A stretch of DNA of 64,000 nt from a virus. The notes under the pieces were generated by a model. It was not told the origin of the DNA. It saw only the letters and a program-made list of their open reading frames with translations, and ran no database searches. The stretch lies in the IMG/VR virus record IMGVR_UViG_3300011115_000874, positions 32,001 to 96,000 of that record; one strand, 5' to 3'. Position numbers and translations under genes: made by a program. Of the stretch, positions 1-10,999 are shown one piece after another; positions within the stretch are counted from its first letter, which is position 1, and every line of letters starts with the position of its first letter.

Positions 1-505
1 TTGTACTGGTAATAGTTGTGTTTGAAGATCTTACAGCTGTGAAAGTATAATTTGGGGTAAAAGATATTTGTGATGTGGTTCCACCTTGATAAAAACTCAT
101 TGTTCTTAAATAATCTATTCTTCCAGATCCGGTTTCTGTGGTTAGAACAGTATCTATTCTTCCTATGTCAGTTACAGTTTTAGTTCCTAATAATGATCCA
201 AATAATGTAGTACCTTCTAAACTAGTAACATTAACTTGTTTTCCTGCTTCAAAATTTTGTAGTAAATTTAATACATCAATAGAATTTGGTTGGGGAGTAA
301 CCACATTACCTTGAGCATCAATTAAATACTTTACAAAGTAAGCTGTTTGATCTATAAGTTCAGGACCTGTTCCTCCTATACTACTAAAATAAGCAAAATA
401 AGTTTGATTTTTTTCAGCTGCTGGGAGTGAACCATATCCACTATCATCGGTAGTAGGGTCATTAAAATCTCCTTGAATATTTGCACTATATAAATTATCT
501 GACAT
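1..505 (-). CDS. Putative virion structural protein, 5' part (runs off the window); not in the ORF track
   Basis: Manual translation from ATG at 505 gives MSDNLYSANIQGDFNDPTTDDSGYGSLPAAEKNQTYFAYF..., open to position 2. It abuts the stop of 507..1475. Confidence 0.75.
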   Translation of the reverse strand, partial: MSDNLYSANIQGDFNDPTTDDSGYGSLPAAEKNQTYFAYFSSIGGTGPELIDQTAYFVKYLIDAQGNVVTPQPNSIDVLNLLQNFEAGKQVNVTSLEGTTLFGSLLGTKTVTDIGRIDTVLTTETGSGRIDYLRTMSFYQGGTTSQISFTPNYTFTAVRSSNTTITST

Positions 506-506
506 G

Positions 507-1475
507 TTATATTGTTCTATATGAATTTGTTCTGCTGCCGTTGTATCTTAAATTAGACCAAGCTTTTGAACTATAATTTGAATCTTGGACAAATGCTCTA
601 TCAGCTGTTCCTGATATGATAAGGCCAAAGTTAATAGGGACCAAGGGATTTTGAGAATAATCTACATCCATCCATGTAGTTGAGTATTGAGGAGTCTCAG
701 CATTATCTAATAATGGGTTATAATCATTATAATCAAAATTAATAGAGTCTGGGTCGTATAATATTAATGATGGTGAAGCATTAAATGGGGTAGCATCATA
801 TAAAGACATACTAACATAAAATTTAGTTATAGTAGTTGCTCCAATTAAAGAAGTAGTTACAAATCCTATTTGGTCATTTTCTAAAATTTGAAATGAGGAT
901 GTAAGATACAATGTAAAATCAAAATTACCTCCAGCCCAACTATTAACAGCTGTTAAATAATTTGAATCATTAAACTCAACATTTTCATTCTTAACTATAG
1001 AAAATCCATTAGCTACAGCGGTAGTGGTGCCACTTCCACTTATTTGTACTTTAATAAATTTATTAGGTGTTTGGCCTGATAGGTATGAGCCTAGAGATGC
1101 AGTCATGAATCCTAAGGTATTTCCACTTATTGAACCAAAAGATGTTACTCTCTTATTGTAGATATCAGATGCTGTGCCTACCCCACCACCATCAGGAGAA
1201 GTAAAACTACTAGCTGAGGTAGCTAAAAAACTATAATCATTTATATCTCCTAATGATGAAGTAAATGGTTGTGGTGATGTTAAACCAAATATAAAATAAT
1301 CATTTTGAACTTGTGTTGTTGCTATATTATATTGTTTAACCCCAATATCTGGGTGGTTGATTCGAATTGAAGTCATTTGAGCTAGGTAATCAGACTTATC
1401 TGTACCATTAGTATCAAACTTATTAATTTTTAAATATTTTACACCTTCATTAAAGGTTGTACCGTATGTTGGCAT
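507..1475 (-). CDS. Putative virion (tail/baseplate) structural protein
   Basis: 322 aa, S/T/G/N-rich, in a tight operon with baseplate genes. Confidence 0.55.
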   Translation of the reverse strand: MPTYGTTFNEGVKYLKINKFDTNGTDKSDYLAQMTSIRINHPDIGVKQYNIATTQVQNDYFIFGLTSPQPFTSSLGDINDYSFLATSASSFTSPDGGGVGTASDIYNKRVTSFGSISGNTLGFMTASLGSYLSGQTPNKFIKVQISGSGTTTAVANGFSIVKNENVEFNDSNYLTAVNSWAGGNFDFTLYLTSSFQILENDQIGFVTTSLIGATTITKFYVSMSLYDATPFNASPSLILYDPDSINFDYNDYNPLLDNAETPQYSTTWMDVDYSQNPLVPINFGLIISGTADRAFVQDSNYSSKAWSNLRYNGSRTNSYRTI

Positions 1476-1491
1476 ATAATTTTATTTAGTT

Positions 1492-4400
1492 TTAACCTAT
1501 ATTTCCTCCACCTCCAGTTGGTACACCTGGGCCTACTGGGGAGAGTGTACTACCTGTATCAAACCATAAATATATCTCTCCTTGGTTTGGTGAAGTATTA
1601 ATATTTAAAAAATTCTCTAAAGATGTTATAGTACTTATATACAATGTAGGAGTATATAAATTTTGTGTGGTTGAAGGATACTTAAATTCATTATTTGGAT
1701 TTAATTCACCATTTGTTACTACAAACTCAGTTCCAGGTAATTCCCCATTATAAAACTCATCTTGTGATGAATGAGAGATATAAGATATGCCTGTTGGTCC
1801 ATCATAAGTTTGTATCCAAGATTGAGTGAAGTTTAAATTATTAAAATTATTAAATGTTCCCCCAGTACTACCACTTATAAAAGCAGTATCAATAACACCT
1901 TCATATGTTAAATCCTCCCCATAATTAAATGAACTACTTAAACCTAAACTTGAAGAATAAGTAGTTGAGTTTTGATATTGAGTATCATAAACTTGTGGTT
2001 GTGGGTATTTATTTCTTTCTAAAATATGTTGTTTGATAACTACACCAGTTGTAAGACTTGTTCTTGCAGGAACAAAATCCTTAATCATTTTAAATAATGA
2101 GTTATCAAAATATTTAATTAATCTTACATAATCAGTTAAATCGTAAGTATCAAAATACTTTTGGAAGAAATTATTACTTAAAGTGTTTAAATCAGGATAT
2201 GAAGTAGCAGATGAAGATACTTGTCTTGGGTCACCAATATATTCACCTATATTAAAGTATCCTAATGAATCAATAATATCATCGTTAACTTCGTTTTGAG
2301 GTGAAAATGCTACCTCTAACATGTTGACATCAGGTGATTCACTACCTAATGATGGATAATATTGTTCTATAGAAGTATATTGTGATAATACACTTCCTGT
2401 AGGTAAACTAGATGATACAATTTGTATTTTGTCTGTTACTCTACCTTTTAAACCTATTACTGGTGAATTTAAAAATCGTGCTTCAATATTTGGTTTAAAA
2501 GTAACATTAGTTAATGTAGCGTCATTAGATGCTATAAATGAAGCTGTTTGAGCCCAAGAACCTGTTATTCTAGGATGTACAGATTGTGATCCAGTATATA
2601 AATCTCCTCCTAAAGGTAATCTAAATGCTAAATAATCATCATATAAAATCTCTCCAGAATAATCTATAGATTGAGGATTCATCACATAATCTTTAAATGA
2701 ATCTACACTTCCTGTTTTGATCCAATATCTTATTTCTTGTAATGAACCTGTGAATCTATTATATGTTGTTCCTCCTATACTTGAAGAAGAAGATACGAAT
2801 ACTGATACACTACTACTCCCAGTCCATGATGTGTTAGCTAATACAACTGATGAAGAAGCTAAATATCCTATTTGGTTACCATCATACCCATCATAATAAA
2901 GTTTATTACTAGCATATAATGTATAAGTATCTTGAAACTTATTAATCATAACTGACCACCACCCATGATCAAAAAATGGTAAGTATACACTTGCTGTATT
3001 TACAATATCATTTACTTTAGGGTAAAATGTTAAATAAGCATGTTGGTAATAAGGATTTACTGATGATCCACTATATGAACCTGAGGTTAAACCTGATCCA
3101 CTATATCTAAGAACTAATGAAGATGAAGGTGGAGTAGTTGGTCCTGTATTTAGACTCCAAATTTGGTAATTAGATCCTGTGTCAAAATCACTAGTTTTGA
3201 ATCTAAATTGTATTGATGATGCTTTAAAATTATTAATACTAGCACTCCACGCTGTATTTAAAAGCCATGGGGTAATAATTAATGATGATGCACTTGCCTC
3301 AGCAGCGTAATTAAATTGTTGGTCAAAATAATCATAAGTAGAAGTATCTTTGTCTCTACCTCCAAACTCACTAATTCTTAAAATAGTATCAGGTACACCA
3401 AAACAATTTATTAACGCTCGTAAACCAGGTATAGTACCCTTAGTTTTAGCTAAATAAGGTAAGTTATGATAAATACGTTTATATATTTCTTTATTTAAAT
3501 CATCTATTGGTGTAACAGATGCTTCATATGAAGCAGTTATATAGTTTGTAATTAAATCTGATCCTGTTGGATTTAGATTTATACCTGTACTTCCTGAGTT
3601 AAATCCAGTGAAGGCGTTAAATAAATCACTAGTAGTAAAATTATTTTGATATAATTTAACTCCAAATGACTTTAATGCCTCAGCTACTAAATCTTTTGAA
3701 ATACCATAATCTAATCTATTATCAGCATTATAATGGTTAGTAACATCTTTATAATATGTCCATAAGTAATCATAATGTTGTCCTACTAATTGTACAAAAG
3801 AATAATATGGTGAATTTCTTTCATCATCACGTATATATTCAGGTATAGTATAGTATAAATAATCTTGATTATTTCTATCATATATAGATGCACTAAGTAA
3901 TCTTCCCCCATAGTAAGGAGATGTATAATCAGAACTACCTAACCAGTTTAAAACTTGAGTACTACCTGTTGAATATAAAGTATAAGGTACTTTATTATTA
4001 GATTTAGGCCATGTATATGATCCTGATTCATAGTACATATAATATTCGTATCCATCAAAATTTTGTATTATATCTGTTATTTTATTTTTAATAATAACAG
4101 AACTTGTTAATGATGATGTAACACTAGATAATAAATTTAATTCATTATTATAGGTTTCTATTTGTTTTACTTTATAGTAAAAATTATCTAATCTAGTTTC
4201 AGCTGAAGAAAAATGTATGAAATTAGAAAAATCAGTGTAATCAAGGCTAATATCAATTGCTTTTTCTTCTAATATACTTTTAATTTGGTTTACAGATGAA
4301 GTAAGAGTATTAGATAATAATAAATTATAATTTGTATAATCAGTTGAGTTATTTAGTCTATCCTGTATATTAACATTAAAATTTGGGCCTTTTATACCAA

Positions 4401-5070
4401 ATGTGACTACAGGAGGAGTAAAAGGTTCAGGTGTGTAAATTATATTAAAAGCTAAAGAATTAGCTATTTTAGTTACAACCCAAAAATCTGAGTTGGTGCT
4501 AATATTAGATGGAAGAGGATTATATAAATTAATTAATATATCATTTGTAGTAGGATTAACTTGTATGTTGTTAGCTACTAATAATATATTGTTACCAAAA
4601 TTTAAATAAAAATCACTAAAATAAAAAGAAGTATTATTAGTAAAATTATTAACTATAAGAACAGGATCTATTGATGGTGAAGTATATTTAACAACTAACT
4701 CAGTTCTATCAGCTGATATACTTTTTATAAAAAGGCCTTTATTTATAGAATTAGTTAATAATTCATTCCTGTAAAAGTTATAATATGTGTTATAGTCTCC
4801 AGATGTAATTCCTCTATTACTTAAATCAACTTCAGGATTTATTTCTATAGAACTAATATTATTTGATACAACTGTCCCATCTATTGGAAATGAAAAAGCA
4901 TTATAGTTATAATCTACAGTTTGAAATGAATTATTCTTTGTAGAAATTACATACTCAATATAATCAGTAGATGGATTAAATGTAGCCTCAATTTGAGTTG
5001 GGTTAATTAATCTTTCATCTTGTGAAGAATAAGGAGAAGAAGAAAATATTTGGGATATAGTTACAGCCAT
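1492..5070 (-). CDS. Large baseplate/tail structural protein
   Basis: 1192 aa. Contains YLAKTKGTIPGLRALINCFG, resembling the KGT motif of phage tail-I/wedge proteins, and a LamG-like beta-rich segment (FTGSLQEIRYW). Lies next to the gp6-like gene. Confidence 0.6.
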   Translation of the reverse strand: MAVTISQIFSSSPYSSQDERLINPTQIEATFNPSTDYIEYVISTKNNSFQTVDYNYNAFSFPIDGTVVSNNISSIEINPEVDLSNRGITSGDYNTYYNFYRNELLTNSINKGLFIKSISADRTELVVKYTSPSIDPVLIVNNFTNNTSFYFSDFYLNFGNNILLVANNIQVNPTTNDILINLYNPLPSNISTNSDFWVVTKIANSLAFNIIYTPEPFTPPVVTFGIKGPNFNVNIQDRLNNSTDYTNYNLLLSNTLTSSVNQIKSILEEKAIDISLDYTDFSNFIHFSSAETRLDNFYYKVKQIETYNNELNLLSSVTSSLTSSVIIKNKITDIIQNFDGYEYYMYYESGSYTWPKSNNKVPYTLYSTGSTQVLNWLGSSDYTSPYYGGRLLSASIYDRNNQDYLYYTIPEYIRDDERNSPYYSFVQLVGQHYDYLWTYYKDVTNHYNADNRLDYGISKDLVAEALKSFGVKLYQNNFTTSDLFNAFTGFNSGSTGINLNPTGSDLITNYITASYEASVTPIDDLNKEIYKRIYHNLPYLAKTKGTIPGLRALINCFGVPDTILRISEFGGRDKDTSTYDYFDQQFNYAAEASASSLIITPWLLNTAWSASINNFKASSIQFRFKTSDFDTGSNYQIWSLNTGPTTPPSSSLVLRYSGSGLTSGSYSGSSVNPYYQHAYLTFYPKVNDIVNTASVYLPFFDHGWWSVMINKFQDTYTLYASNKLYYDGYDGNQIGYLASSSVVLANTSWTGSSSVSVFVSSSSSIGGTTYNRFTGSLQEIRYWIKTGSVDSFKDYVMNPQSIDYSGEILYDDYLAFRLPLGGDLYTGSQSVHPRITGSWAQTASFIASNDATLTNVTFKPNIEARFLNSPVIGLKGRVTDKIQIVSSSLPTGSVLSQYTSIEQYYPSLGSESPDVNMLEVAFSPQNEVNDDIIDSLGYFNIGEYIGDPRQVSSSATSYPDLNTLSNNFFQKYFDTYDLTDYVRLIKYFDNSLFKMIKDFVPARTSLTTGVVIKQHILERNKYPQPQVYDTQYQNSTTYSSSLGLSSSFNYGEDLTYEGVIDTAFISGSTGGTFNNFNNLNFTQSWIQTYDGPTGISYISHSSQDEFYNGELPGTEFVVTNGELNPNNEFKYPSTTQNLYTPTLYISTITSLENFLNINTSPNQGEIYLWFDTGSTLSPVGPGVPTGGGGNIG

Positions 5071-5420
5071 TATTTTATATTTAAGCTAGATGAAAATTGA
5101 AGATTTAAAACTTGTTGGTTAGCTGCTAACAGTTGTTGTCTTAATGATGATATTTCATCTAATAAAAGTTGAGTTTCATCATTTGGAATAGCAACATTTA
5201 TATAATCTCCACTTGTTTTAACTAAATATTCATGTGAATTTATATTCCCTTCAGCAGGAATATCATAAAATATTTTATTATAATACCCAAAAAATTGTTC
5301 TACAGTTATAGTATCTTCAACTGGTGGTGGTGGAAGTTGTAACTGTGTAAAAGAAGTATCAATAACGTTAGTATATTCTCTTCTATTATAAACTGTTTTA
5401 TTTAAATTATAATTAGCCAT
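5070..5420 (-). CDS. Small virion-module protein with C-terminal coiled coil
   Basis: 116 aa, overlaps both neighbours. Confidence 0.5.
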   Translation of the reverse strand: MANYNLNKTVYNRREYTNVIDTSFTQLQLPPPPVEDTITVEQFFGYYNKIFYDIPAEGNINSHEYLVKTSGDYINVAIPNDETQLLLDEISSLRQQLLAANQQVLNLQFSSSLNIK

Positions 5421-6501
5421 TTATTACTTTAAAATAATAATTATCATCAAATATTATTGTACTACCATTTATAGTGGTCTTGATCAATATACTATAGAAT
5501 CGTTCTGGTTCCAAGCCGTTCATGTAAAGCTTAAAATAACTTCCATTAGCATCTACACTTAATTGAGTAAATTGGTTATCAAAATCAATCACATACTCAT
5601 TAGTATATAAATCTTTAATAGCGTAATATGATGCTGTAGGTAAATAATAATTTTGAGTGAAATATGAGGCAGTAGCAAATACTCTATTAGGATATTCAGG
5701 TCTACTGTTTACTCTAAAAATATTATCACTATCAGGATAAAAAATACCTGGGTTATTGTCTACCGCTATAGTAGCAGGGAAGACATTTATTTCAGTTAAA
5801 GAACCAGTACTAAATGAATAGTCTCTCCATTTTATTTCTAATTGAGGAGGATATATAGTATGGGTATCTCTTGAAAAATAATCTAAATTAATATTATATA
5901 AAAGATTGTTTACAAACTCAGCAGCTTGTTTAATAATAAATCCATTATTAGCTATTGAACCTGAGTACCAACTTCTAACTATAGGTGTAACATCTACGTT
6001 TATATCTTTATCATCATAGTATGAAAATGACTGCGTATAAGATGAAGTATACCAATTACCTCCACCACTCACGGAACCATATGATCCTGTTATTCCAACA
6101 GGGAATCCCGTTGTTCTCCAAGCACCACTACCAGAAGATAATCTATTATACCAACTTACTCCATTAGTATATTCTGGGGAGTAAGAATATTTTCCTGTAC
6201 CCATGTTCCAAGAACCAGTCACAGCGTATATTTCTAAAGTAGTGTCTGAGTTTAATCCATTAACTTCAGATATAAATCCTTTTAATGAAGCACTCCAAAC
6301 TGACCCACTTATTTTATTATTAATTACATCAGCTATTTCAGTGGATGAAAATTGGATTAAAGTTCTAGCAGCTTGTGTGTTACCACTATCTTGAGCATCC
6401 TCAATACTTACAGATAATATTTCATTTAATCCTGCATTTTTATTAGGATATCTAGAATATATTGTAGCGTCTTGTGAAGGGAATAATTTGTATATAGCCA
6501 T
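5413..6501 (-). CDS. Virion protein with DNRLRE/CBM96-like beta-sandwich domain
   Basis: Motifs QDATIYS, ARTLIQF, DVTPIVRSW...NNGFIIK and PQLEIKW. A late motif lies upstream. Confidence 0.5.
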   Translation of the reverse strand: MAIYKLFPSQDATIYSRYPNKNAGLNEILSVSIEDAQDSGNTQAARTLIQFSSTEIADVINNKISGSVWSASLKGFISEVNGLNSDTTLEIYAVTGSWNMGTGKYSYSPEYTNGVSWYNRLSSGSGAWRTTGFPVGITGSYGSVSGGGNWYTSSYTQSFSYYDDKDINVDVTPIVRSWYSGSIANNGFIIKQAAEFVNNLLYNINLDYFSRDTHTIYPPQLEIKWRDYSFSTGSLTEINVFPATIAVDNNPGIFYPDSDNIFRVNSRPEYPNRVFATASYFTQNYYLPTASYYAIKDLYTNEYVIDFDNQFTQLSVDANGSYFKLYMNGLEPERFYSILIKTTINGSTIIFDDNYYFKVING

Positions 6502-6520
6502 TTGTTATAAATATAATTTA

Positions 6521-8383
6521 TTAAAAGGATACAACTTTACCTTTAATATCAACATTAGGGTATTTAACTTCAAATATCATTGGGTCTAAACTTGGATATA
6601 CAACATTATTTTGAGTAGCACCTGCTATGTCATAAGCATATTCTGAGTATCCTAATATTGCTCCAGTTTTATTAACTATAGCTACATTTTTAACTGTTTG
6701 AACTCCTTCTATTTTATCTAAAAGTAAATAAATATCTTTTAATATAATAGGTTCATTTATTTGCCAATTATTTAAATTAAAAAATTGTTTTAGTTGAGTA
6801 ATACAATTAAATATAACTTCATTACTATTATATTGAGGGTAGACAGTAATATTAAAATCTACACCTATATTAATAATAAATGCGTCTTTAATTTTAATAG
6901 AGTCATTTATTACTCTATTTTGTGAGATATATGTAGAAAGATTTTGTTTTAGCGCTGGTGATGCTTGGGTTAGATTCCCATTAACATCATAAGATAAAAC
7001 ATATAAATCTAAAACAGATGGAGTTTCTCCTGGGAGGAGAGATGATATTTTTTGAGTTTCAATATATGCTTTTGATATTGAGCCATAATCTGGGGGTAAA
7101 CTCATAGCCCTAACTAAATAATCATCTAATGTGACACTTCTTTGTTGGGATGTAAAACTAACTAGAGAATTTAATCTTATTTGTTCAATTGTATCTCCAG
7201 GTGAACCACCATTAGCTGCTGATGGATTATTTGTAGCTACAGAATTAAAAACATATTGTGCTAAAGTAGCGTCTAGTCCATTATTTACCTTAATATTATT
7301 TTTATTGGTTATAACATTTAATACACCAGAAGCTACATTAGATGTAATCCCACCACCAATTAAATACCTTACTGTTAAAGTAGTATTATTAGGAGCTATA
7401 CCATAAGTATCAGTGTATAAAAAGTTAGATGGAGAGAATGCTGTTGTTAATAATGATCTTTTATATGGTAAACCTAAACCTATATTATTAGGGTTAGGAG
7501 TAATTTCTTCATCTATATTTTGAGTATTAGTACCTGCTCCAAATTGGATTTGAAGTGTTGTTGGAGTCATAAATCTAGTTACAAATCTACGAGGTATTTT
7601 TTTAAGTTGAAGAAGAAATGGAACATCACTTTGATTAACTGAGAGGTTAGGATTGTTTATATTAGTATTTTTAATAGTATCATATACCATTTCTTGAGCT
7701 AAATATGGTACTTCATACCATTTATTTCCGTCACTATCAGTTATATCTAATATTTTAATTATATTAGAATCTTCTATTTCTATTGTTGGATATTTTTCTA
7801 CAGATCCAAAAGAGAATGTTGTTGTTTTAATTTCAGCTGATATAGCTTTTCTAGTTTTCTTTAAAAGGAAATAATCAATATTATTTCCAGTTGTTTGATA
7901 AATAGTTACAGTTGTAGGGTCTTGTGAACTAGAGAATGAAAAATCAACTGAGTCTTGCATCAAAAATGAAGTATTTTGAGTTAAAGATGAGTTAATTTGA
8001 GTGTTTTCAAGTAATTGAACAGCATAATTATAATCAGGAGTATAATTTGTTCCTGATAATATAGATGGGATTTGTTGGTATACATCAATATCAACTGTAG
8101 CTGCTCCAGTGACTTTTGGAGTATAACCTAACATATATGCTAATGAATATATATTATTTTGCTGTCTAGCATATTGGATAAAATTCTCTTGAATTTGATT
8201 ATCAAGATAAAAAGATAATACGTCACCAACATAAGCTGACATTTCAAGAAACATAGTACCAGGGGAACTAGGAGTAAAATTAGCGTAAGTTGAAGGGAAA
8301 TAAGTTTTAGCAAATTCAGTTAATGTATTTTTGAATTCACTAAAATCCTTATTAATGTATTTAATGTCAATATTTTCAGCCAT
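6521..8383 (-). CDS. Baseplate wedge subunit (T4 gp6 / baseplate J-like)
   Basis: DFSEFKNTL...YVGDVLSFYLD...A..LGY at the N terminus; GG..GDTIEQIR...QQRSVTLDDY. Confidence 0.85.
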   Translation of the reverse strand: MAENIDIKYINKDFSEFKNTLTEFAKTYFPSTYANFTPSSPGTMFLEMSAYVGDVLSFYLDNQIQENFIQYARQQNNIYSLAYMLGYTPKVTGAATVDIDVYQQIPSILSGTNYTPDYNYAVQLLENTQINSSLTQNTSFLMQDSVDFSFSSSQDPTTVTIYQTTGNNIDYFLLKKTRKAISAEIKTTTFSFGSVEKYPTIEIEDSNIIKILDITDSDGNKWYEVPYLAQEMVYDTIKNTNINNPNLSVNQSDVPFLLQLKKIPRRFVTRFMTPTTLQIQFGAGTNTQNIDEEITPNPNNIGLGLPYKRSLLTTAFSPSNFLYTDTYGIAPNNTTLTVRYLIGGGITSNVASGVLNVITNKNNIKVNNGLDATLAQYVFNSVATNNPSAANGGSPGDTIEQIRLNSLVSFTSQQRSVTLDDYLVRAMSLPPDYGSISKAYIETQKISSLLPGETPSVLDLYVLSYDVNGNLTQASPALKQNLSTYISQNRVINDSIKIKDAFIINIGVDFNITVYPQYNSNEVIFNCITQLKQFFNLNNWQINEPIILKDIYLLLDKIEGVQTVKNVAIVNKTGAILGYSEYAYDIAGATQNNVVYPSLDPMIFEVKYPNVDIKGKVVSF

Positions 8384-8384
8384 G

Positions 8385-8801
8385 TTATAAAGTTATATCT
8401 ATAGAATTTTTGTTACCAGCAAATGAATAATCAATAATAATATTAATTGAGTTAACATCATAATTTGGATTAATAATTACACTATTTGTAGTGATTTGTG
8501 GAAAATTTGCTTTTAATCCTTCTATAATTTGTAATTTAAGATTATTTAAATTTACTTCAGTTGTATTTTGAAATATAAATCTTCTTAAATCACTACCATA
8601 ATTTGGATTAAGAACACGTTCACCTTTATTAGTTAACATATAATTAATAACATCTGATCTTAATTGTTCTGTAGTAGTGTATGTTGAACTAAATACAGCA
8701 TCTGAACCACTAATTATTGAACCAACAAATGGTAGACTTACCCCAATAGCTAGTTGATAATCAAGATCTAATGGATTATTATTTTCTATTCTATATGCCA
8801 T
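8385..8801 (-). CDS. Baseplate wedge protein, gp25/GPW-like
   Basis: LTNKGERVLNPNYGSDLRRFIF signature; adjacent to the gp6-like gene. Confidence 0.85.
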   Translation of the reverse strand: MAYRIENNNPLDLDYQLAIGVSLPFVGSIISGSDAVFSSTYTTTEQLRSDVINYMLTNKGERVLNPNYGSDLRRFIFQNTTEVNLNNLKLQIIEGLKANFPQITTNSVIINPNYDVNSINIIIDYSFAGNKNSIDITL

Positions 8802-9148
8802 TATTTACTATTCATTAGTCCCATTATTTGATCTAAACCTACTTCACCGCCTGGGAGACTTGATCCTTCACCCATTGTGTTAATTGGTGGAGGTGTGTAA
8901 GCAGGTTGAGCATGAGATGAGTTTGCAGTAATTGTAGCATCAAATTCACCTCCAATCATACTTCGTAAATTACGTTTAAGATCATGATTTACAGGAGAAG
9001 ATTGTTGATAGGTAGGAACGGGAGTATAAGTTTCCTGTATTACTGTTTTAGGTGATTTAACTGCTTCAAGAAGGATATCTTTAATTTCCTCTTGAATTGC
9101 TTCACGTACTGCTTCTTTAATTAATTTTTTTAGTCCGTCGATTTTCAT
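8801..9148 (-). CDS. Hypothetical late protein (LKKLIKEAVREA N terminus)
   Basis: 115 aa, late motif upstream. Confidence 0.6.
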   Translation of the reverse strand: MKIDGLKKLIKEAVREAIQEEIKDILLEAVKSPKTVIQETYTPVPTYQQSSPVNHDLKRNLRSMIGGEFDATITANSSHAQPAYTPPPINTMGEGSSLPGGEVGLDQIMGLMNSK

Positions 9149-9166
9149 ATGATTATAAATATTTGA

Positions 9167-10576
9167 TTATTCAGTTGTTATATTAGGAGTTGTATCTATT
9201 ATGAATTTTAATTGAGATATTAACACTGATGGGTCTGAAGCAAATGAAGAGTCAGTTCTTAGTACATCTACACCTTGCTTATTTTGAGCTACAGCATAGC
9301 GTCTAATATATTTACTTTCATTTTTTTCATCAATTTTCACTCCTAAAGTAAATCCTTTATAAGTATTAGTATTTTCATTTTGAGTAGCTACTACTGTAGG
9401 ATTAGCTAAAGCATTAATTTCAGCATTAATTTGTTCTAAATCCATATTTTGGCTCCCAGAACAATGTTCTAATATAACATCTAATATATCTAAAAATTTT
9501 AAAATTATTCCTAAAAATGTTGCAAATGATGCTATTGTTATATTTACAGTGGTAATTGTTTTTTCATTAACTACTATTTCATTTTTTATTTTAGCTATAA
9601 ATGAAGATATTTTAGCTTGAAGTCCTGCAGTCATTGGGGGTAGTCCTAAAGGAGGTACACCTGTTGCTGGGTATGGGTTAGATTCAGCTAAGTTTATTGC
9701 AAGCTGTATAGCAGATATAACTGTGGCTGTTATTCCTAATATTGTGGCTGTTTTTTTAATTGTATCATACATTCCATTTATTTGAGTAACTAATGAAGCT
9801 CGTAACTTAATAACAGATTGTATTTTTGATGATGATGGGCAATCTATTAAATCTATCAATTGATCTTTAGTAATTTTCCCTAGTATAAAAGCTGCTCCAG
9901 CACCCGCTGCTCCAGCTGCTGCTGCTTTTAAAGCTTCTTTATCTTTAGCTGTTTCTTTAGCTCCATCTGCTGCATTTTTAGCTTGGTTGGTTTTATCTTG
10001 GGCATTTGCTTTAACAGAATCTAAAGTTGAATCTTCACTTATACCTAAATTAGAGATTACTAAAGGAATAACTTGTGGTGCAAATGGAGTTATTAAACCT
10101 ATAATAAATGGGATTAATCTTTTTTTAATAGTTACTTTTTGACTATTAACAAAATTAGAAAATTTAACTTCAGGTGGTAATTCAGCGTTTAATGTTTTGT
10201 TTAGAGCTTTATTATCTTGAGATAGTATTTCTTTGTTAGTTTTGGCTGTGTTTAAAGCTGTTTCGTCTGTTGCTTCAGACATTGCTTTTCTAGGAATCTC
10301 ATAAACAATATTATTTCCTTTAGAATTTTGAGTAGATGAGTCTTGTCCTCCCTCAACAGTATACGGTAATGGTGCTCCTCCAGCGTTGTAATCAACTATA
10401 TTATTAGCTAGCAATATTTCCTCAGCTATACCAGGATAGTCAATAGCACTAGACATCCATTCTCTACCTTTAATTACTTCTCCATTAGATTTAGTTAAAA
10501 TAGCTGATCTTAAAGGACCACGAGTACTAAATGTGATCACACTACCATCACTAACTTTATATATAGGTGTACTCAT
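9167..10576 (-). CDS. Hypothetical late protein with hydrophobic/amphipathic helices
   Basis: 469 aa, Ala/Gly-rich linker and several hydrophobic segments. Confidence 0.55.
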   Translation of the reverse strand: MSTPIYKVSDGSVITFSTRGPLRSAILTKSNGEVIKGREWMSSAIDYPGIAEEILLANNIVDYNAGGAPLPYTVEGGQDSSTQNSKGNNIVYEIPRKAMSEATDETALNTAKTNKEILSQDNKALNKTLNAELPPEVKFSNFVNSQKVTIKKRLIPFIIGLITPFAPQVIPLVISNLGISEDSTLDSVKANAQDKTNQAKNAADGAKETAKDKEALKAAAAGAAGAGAAFILGKITKDQLIDLIDCPSSSKIQSVIKLRASLVTQINGMYDTIKKTATILGITATVISAIQLAINLAESNPYPATGVPPLGLPPMTAGLQAKISSFIAKIKNEIVVNEKTITTVNITIASFATFLGIILKFLDILDVILEHCSGSQNMDLEQINAEINALANPTVVATQNENTNTYKGFTLGVKIDEKNESKYIRRYAVAQNKQGVDVLRTDSSFASDPSVLISQLKFIIDTTPNITTE

Positions 10577-10618
10577 GTTTGGTTATTTACAATAAATATG
10601 CGAAATATATGAAATTGT

Positions 10619-10651
10619 GTTTGGCTTTCCAAGTTATGTTTATTATATTTA
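10619..10651 (+). promoter_or_regulatory. Early-type promoter (GTTTGGC-N18-TATATTTA), the only plus-strand copy seen
   Basis: Matches the repeated motif and lies 16 nt before the only well-supported plus-strand gene. Confidence 0.8.
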
Positions 10652-10667
10652 GGTATAAATAAAGGTT

Positions 10668-10997
10668 ATGAAAAAGTTAATTATTTTAGGATTCGCAGCA
10701 TTTTTAATTCAATCATGTACTGTTTTTAAACATAAACCTAATTGTGGTCAAGATATTGTAGATTTAATTAATTATGAAGATACAATTAAAATTGAATTTA
10801 AAGGTATTGACTCATTAGTTTTTAAAAATAAAGACTACAAACATGTTGCTGATTCATTAATGTATAATCATAATGATGTTTATATGCGAATTGATGTTCA
10901 GAATATTCATACTGGTTATATCCATCGAATTGTTTTTACAAGAAATGCGTTTAGTCGTTACCCATATGATGAAGTTAATTATAAATGGGTAGAATAA
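10668..10997 (+). CDS. Lipoprotein
   Basis: MKKLIILGFAAFLIQSC signal peptide II/lipobox; has its own promoter. Confidence 0.75.
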   Translation: MKKLIILGFAAFLIQSCTVFKHKPNCGQDIVDLINYEDTIKIEFKGIDSLVFKNKDYKHVADSLMYNHNDVYMRIDVQNIHTGYIHRIVFTRNAFSRYPYDEVNYKWVE

Positions 10998-10999
10998 TA

